64,000 bases of DNA from a bacterium (GTDB lineage Bacteria; Hinthialibacterota; Hinthialibacteria; Hinthialibacterales; Hinthialibacteraceae). The stretch lies in NCBI GenBank assembly GCA_963662285.2, contig CAXXMV010000002.1, forward strand, positions 1,664,001 through 1,728,000, written 5' to 3'. The translations under genes were made by a program, and so were the position numbers. Position 1 is the first letter of the stretch; every line of letters starts with the position of its first letter. Positions 60,107 through 64,000 of the stretch are shown piece after piece. Below the pieces are notes generated by a model that worked only from the letters and a program-made list of their open reading frames with translations, did no database searches and was not told where the DNA came from.

Positions 60107-60271
60107 ATGGCGGATTTCGGAATAAAAATCAAAACTTGGATATCACGCATCAAATCGATCATGATGGGCGACGCGTTCCTGTGCGACCGCTGTAAGTTCA
60201 ATTATGGCAATGTCTGCATCCGGCCAGAGCGCCCCAACGCCAAACAATGCCCTGAATTTGTCAAAAAATAG
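60107..60271 (+). CDS. 54-aa four-Cys small protein
   Basis: Not in ORF track; GAGGAG SD; MADFGIKIKTWISRIKSIMMGDAFLCDRCKFNYGNVCIRPERPNAKQCPEFVKK. Confidence 0.7.
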   Translation: MADFGIKIKTWISRIKSIMMGDAFLCDRCKFNYGNVCIRPERPNAKQCPEFVKK

Positions 60272-60941
60272 AAACGCCCAGCATGGTATTGGTCAGCGGG
60301 AAAACTACCAGGTTGAAATAGAATCCCAATACATGGATATTAAACACCATACCCAAGACAATAATGCCTAACAGAATCATCATCGAATGCTGGCGTATCT
60401 GTTCGAGTTTAATCGCCTGCTCATAGGGCAGAATGCCCGCCAGGATTTTTTCTCCATCCAGGGGAAAAAGAGGAATCAGATTAAAAAAAGCCAGCGCCAA
60501 ATTGATGAAGACGCCATAAAAGGTTACCAAAAAACAGGCTCTTCCCAAAGCTTCCCCATGGGGAAGGCTTTCAAAAATAGCCGCTCCGGGTCCAATGATT
60601 ATAAACCTGAATATCAAGGATAAAACAATGGCCTGGATAATATTACTAACCGGACCAGCCAGCGCAATATACATGGAATCGCGCCGCACATTGGCCAAAT
60701 TGTATGGATTAACCGGAACCGGCTTCCCCCATCCAATTGTAGCCATCATAATAAACATCAGACCCATAGGGTCTAAATGAGCCGCCGGATTCAATGTCAA
60801 ACGTCCCATTCGCGCTGCTGTATCATCTCCGCATTTCAAAGCCATCCAGGCATGAGCCATTTCATGCACCGATAAAGCCAGAATCAGCATAGCAAACATA
60901 GCGATCCCTACTTGAGGATCTTGTAATATTTTCCAAAGCAT
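60261..60941 (-). CDS. Site-2 protease (M50) family protein
   Basis: HEMAH, GRLTLNP, AGPVSN, FNLIPLFPLDG. Confidence 0.92.
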   Translation of the reverse strand: MLWKILQDPQVGIAMFAMLILALSVHEMAHAWMALKCGDDTAARMGRLTLNPAAHLDPMGLMFIMMATIGWGKPVPVNPYNLANVRRDSMYIALAGPVSNIIQAIVLSLIFRFIIIGPGAAIFESLPHGEALGRACFLVTFYGVFINLALAFFNLIPLFPLDGEKILAGILPYEQAIKLEQIRQHSMMILLGIIVLGMVFNIHVLGFYFNLVVFPLTNTMLGVSIF

Positions 60942-61134
60942 TCGCTTGACAACTCCTATTAAGTAATCAGCTTTAATTCATTTATTCATCTTGAAGATTA
61001 CTCTATTATATCTCGTCCAAGGAAAAGGAACTATTGGCATGAATTTATGGATTTGCGTCAAATCCCTTAATCAGACGCCTTAAATCACACATTTGTTCAT
61101 TTTGAAATGTAATTAATACTTAGGAGCCAATTAT

Positions 61135-61677
61135 ATGCAAGGTTACGTCACTAATTTTAATAAGCAAAAGGGATTCGGTTTCATCCGTTCAGATGAAGTA
61201 TCAAAGGATATTTTCGTCCATATCAGCAATATTCAAGACAAAGAAAGCCTGGTAGCTGGACAACAGGTTACCTTTGAAGCCGAAGAAACCCCCAAAGGTC
61301 TTGCCGCCACTCAGGTTATCCCCGGAAGAAAGCGATTGTCTCCATATAAGTTATACGGATTCCCGGCCATAATCATAACCATTGGTATAACTATCTTCCT
61401 GATCAAGTATGGATGCAATGCTTTGATTGCCTATATTATCTCCATTAACCTAAGCACTTTTATCTTTTATGGTTACGACAAAATCATCGCTGGAACATCA
61501 CTCCTGAGAGTCCCTGAGTGGATTCTGCACGGCCTGGCCATCAGCGGCGGCTCTCCCATCGCATTAATCAGCCAAAAGGTTTTTCATCATAAGACCATCA
61601 AGGAATCCTTCCAGATCGCGTATTGGATTATCGTAATTATTCAATTGATGATTTTGATTGCGATTAATATTTGGTAG
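61135..61677 (+). CDS. Cold-shock domain + DUF1294 membrane protein
   Basis: KGFGFI, DIFVHIS; YGYDK..RVPE..GG..HHKT.K. Confidence 0.9.
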   Translation: MQGYVTNFNKQKGFGFIRSDEVSKDIFVHISNIQDKESLVAGQQVTFEAEETPKGLAATQVIPGRKRLSPYKLYGFPAIIITIGITIFLIKYGCNALIAYIISINLSTFIFYGYDKIIAGTSLLRVPEWILHGLAISGGSPIALISQKVFHHKTIKESFQIAYWIIVIIQLMILIAINIW

Positions 61678-61810
61678 TGGATAGTGGGTTGACTATAGAA
61701 TATATTATCAATTGAAAAATCAAGGATTTTGATAACGTTTTCAAAATGTATTCATGAAAATCATGATGTTTCAATACTTTTCTATATTCACTTTTGATTT
61801 GTGGTAAGTC

Positions 61811-61892
61811 TACTTTACACAAAATATTTTGTGTAAAGTAAATCCGGTTTTACTTTACACAAAGATTTTTGTGATGATTCTGCTTTACACAA
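61811..61892. repeat. Array of ACTTTACACAA-based palindromic sites
   Basis: Perfect 30-bp palindrome at 61811-61840, second imperfect site at 61852-61879, half-site at 61882-61892. Confidence 0.85.
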
Positions 61893-62997
61893 CGGGACGG
61901 CCTTCTACACTATTTATTAACGACTTAAAAGCATATACCGCTGAACGTCTGCCGCTGCTTTTTTTAATAACGCTAACAATATCAGCATCTTGCAAGTGAC
62001 GTAAAATCGACGCCCCTGTAGTTTTGGTTGGGATTTTAGCAATTTCAGCAAAATCCGAACCTTTGAAAATTGGACGCACAAACAGTGCGTCAAGCGCATG
62101 AATAGAGTATTGAGAACGAGTTATTTCTGCGATAGACTTTTTTAAGTTTTGATAGAGTTCGAGAATCCCTTGGGTCTTTTGGATATTATCACGGGCTTGG
62201 TTCTGGATGGCGCTTAAGAAAAAGCGTATCCAACCGTTCCAATCACCTTTTCTGGAAATGGCGTTTAATCGCTCGTAATATACGTCGCGGTTCGATTCCA
62301 AGTAGGCGCTTATATAGAACATAGGGCTGGAGAGCAGTTTTTTATCAAATAGAAAGAGGGGAACCAGCATCCGCCCGATTCGTCCGTTACCGTCCAAAAA
62401 AGGGTGGATCAATTCGAACTGCGCCTTGAGCACTGCGAGTTGAACCAGGGAGTCTTTCTCTTCTGAGTGGTAATAGACTTCCCAATTTTCCATAGCGGGT
62501 TTCATGAGATCGACAGAAGGAGGGACGAAAGTTGCGTCATCAATCGAATCCCCTAAGACGCCTATGAAATTTTGTATCCTTCGAAAATCGCCGCGCGATT
62601 GGTTTCGTCCCCGCACGCTGTCCAAAAGCGTCTCATGGAGGCGTTTCAGTAGGTTCAGGCAAAAAGGACGTTCCTGCATATCACCAATGGCCCGTACCAT
62701 CGCCTTTCGGTAATTATTGATCTCCTGTATATCGGCTTGCTTAGATTCTTCAATTGGTTCTTCGGGTTCCGCTTCATATTCCAAAACGTCTTCCATACTG
62801 GCTTGGGTACCCTCGATACGTGATGAGAGAACCGCTTCCTGGGTGGTTAGAGGTGAGAGAAGAACTTTGGGATTTACCACGCTTTGCAGCATTCCGTCGT
62901 ATCGCGCCAAGGCGGCATTGGCCTGGCCGATTAACGAAATGTGGCTCACCCAATCTATGCACTCCAACGGTAGGGTATGTGGTTCGTAGGGTTTCAT
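61885..62997 (-). CDS. Fic family protein with N-terminal inhibitory motif and C-terminal HTH
   Basis: HPFLDGNGRIGR active site; SSRIEG inhibitory motif. Confidence 0.92.
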   Translation of the reverse strand: MKPYEPHTLPLECIDWVSHISLIGQANAALARYDGMLQSVVNPKVLLSPLTTQEAVLSSRIEGTQASMEDVLEYEAEPEEPIEESKQADIQEINNYRKAMVRAIGDMQERPFCLNLLKRLHETLLDSVRGRNQSRGDFRRIQNFIGVLGDSIDDATFVPPSVDLMKPAMENWEVYYHSEEKDSLVQLAVLKAQFELIHPFLDGNGRIGRMLVPLFLFDKKLLSSPMFYISAYLESNRDVYYERLNAISRKGDWNGWIRFFLSAIQNQARDNIQKTQGILELYQNLKKSIAEITRSQYSIHALDALFVRPIFKGSDFAEIAKIPTKTTGASILRHLQDADIVSVIKKSSGRRSAVYAFKSLINSVEGRPVV

Positions 62998-62999
62998 CC

Positions 63000-63110
63000 T
63001 TAATTCTCCCCTTTAACATCGATTTTCCTCGTCACCACCGCCGAGATAAGCGATGAACAGTATTGAATGAGTTGTTGTATAGCACAGTCAATTCCTGATA
63101 GCAGAGCCTC
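63000..63110 (-). pseudogene. hsdS: 3' remnant of a type I restriction-modification specificity subunit
   Basis: Reads AIQQLIQYCSSLISAVVTRKIDVK-stop, resembling the HsdS C-terminal LISAAVTGKIDV motif; no intact upstream part. Confidence 0.6.
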
Positions 63111-63243
63111 TTGCAAAATACAAAAAATCAATTTTTTGAGAAATTGTTTTTGTTTAAATAGAAGAGAAACCTCTCCTAATCTATAATAAAGCAAGCAAAA
63201 AGAAATAGAAAGGAAAGGCTTCGTGAAATTACTACCGCAAGAC

Positions 63244-63292
63244 GGGCGCCAATGGCAAGACCGCAAGGTGTCCAGCCCTTGATCAAACCACC
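63244..63292. repeat. REP family A, degenerate
   Basis: GGGCGCCAATGGCAAGACCGCAAGGTGTCCAGCCCTTGATCAAACCACC. Confidence 0.7.
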
Positions 63293-63373
63293 TTATATTA
63301 AACAAAAGTTCATCATTTGGCATGTTTCTTGCCATATTGCGTATTAGCGCAATTCTAAAAAAAAAGGAGAAAC

Positions 63374-63850
63374 ATGATGGACGCTGTAATGTCAAACAAT
63401 GGAAACGAAAAAATTCTCGCGACGCTGGATCACTGTATCAGCAAAATGGCGGATGCACTCAAAAAAAATTTTGATTTAAACGACAATAGTTCTATATCAT
63501 TGTTTAAATCTTTTTGTTCTTCAATAAAAATCCGCGCAACATTCATGAAAAGTATTGAAAAAAAGATAGATAAGACCATCAAAAACATCGAACACGTCAG
63601 CAATATACTCAATTCTCAACCAAATTCAAAACCAGAAGCAAAACCAGAAGCAAAACCAGAAGCAAAACCAGAAGCAAAACCAGAAGCAAAACCAGAAGCA
63701 AAACCAGAAGCAAAACCAGAAGCAAAACCAGAAGCAAAACCTGTTGATTTATCGCTTTTATCATTCACGCCGCCCAAGAAAACTGGCAAGGATTACCAAC
63801 ATCCGATTCGTCCAAAGGATTTACAAAGCGGATTAGTCATAAAAAAATAA
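63374..63850 (+). CDS. Hypothetical protein with KPEA tandem repeat
   Basis: AAGGAGA SD before ATG; the repeat stays in frame. Confidence 0.55.
   Translation: MMDAVMSNNGNEKILATLDHCISKMADALKKNFDLNDNSSISLFKSFCSSIKIRATFMKSIEKKIDKTIKNIEHVSNILNSQPNSKPEAKPEAKPEAKPEAKPEAKPEAKPEAKPEAKPEAKPVDLSLLSFTPPKKTGKDYQHPIRPKDLQSGLVIKK
63629..63741 (+). repeat. Perfect 12-bp tandem repeat (AAACCAGAAGCA) x9 plus a partial unit
   Basis: Read directly from the sequence. Confidence 0.95.
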
Positions 63851-64000
63851 TCAGATCGCAATAACAATCCTGATTATTTGGACAAATGAAATTTGTCGCA
63901 GCCATGTTATGGATAAAAATATGGGAAGATGAGTTTATGCTCAATTCACTATCATTCATCACCCTTCTTGAAATTAGAGTTTTCAAGTTCCATAATAGAA

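Noticed and set aside
61812-61839. The chromosomal dif site itself
   Set aside because: Perfectly symmetric, repeated in tandem and differs from the TTATG core; kept only as a dif-like hypothesis
2137-62989. Numerous 60-240 aa antisense or alternate-frame ORFs in the track
   Set aside because: They lie inside well-supported genes and show no motifs; treated as shadow ORFs
63000-63395. 131-aa minus-strand ORF as an intact gene
   Set aside because: Only the last ~36 codons look protein-like (HsdS tail); the rest crosses a REP and AT-rich spacer
1-64000. CRISPR array or cas genes
   Set aside because: No regularly spaced direct repeats with unique spacers; the repeats found are dispersed hairpins or a spacer-less VNTR
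1-64000. Transposase, RAYT or integrase responsible for the repeats
   Set aside because: No ORF with HUH, DDE or tyrosine-recombinase motifs recognised

Overview
Bacterial chromosomal window. Lineage is inferred only: the GspG-like pilin, Pro/Thr-linker surface proteins and glycan-degrading genes recall PVC-adjacent candidate phyla such as OLB16/Hinthialibacterota. The left two-thirds is accessory: GH29 fucosidase, an orphan pduS/pduT microcompartment pair, a diguanylate cyclase, a CotH protein, wecB, beta-propeller and glycosidase-like proteins, a sulfatase, a 2016-aa surface protein and a fucose/arabinose isomerase. The right third is a rearranged minus-strand housekeeping run (tRNA-Val, thrS, infC, rpmI, rplT, pheS, [ABC ATPase + DUF4276], secE, nusG, rplK, rplA, [histidine phosphatase], rplJ, rplL), followed by a fic gene with an hsdS remnant. 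Several families of GTAG-REP and BoxC-like repeats lie between genes. The best candidate for an undescribed system is a BlaI repressor plus BlaR-type M56 peptidase whose extracellular C-terminal domain is a pseudopilin head (clearly homologous to the pilin at 4091-4639), with its own 18-bp inverted-repeat operator. Other leads are a phosphatase inserted between the L10 leader and rplJ, an ABC ATPase/DUF4276 candidate defence pair, an array of 11-6-11 palindromes after fic, a sigma28 + double-CsrA leader, and a shared C-terminal DW motif on secreted proteins. All calls come from reading the sequence; no searches were run.
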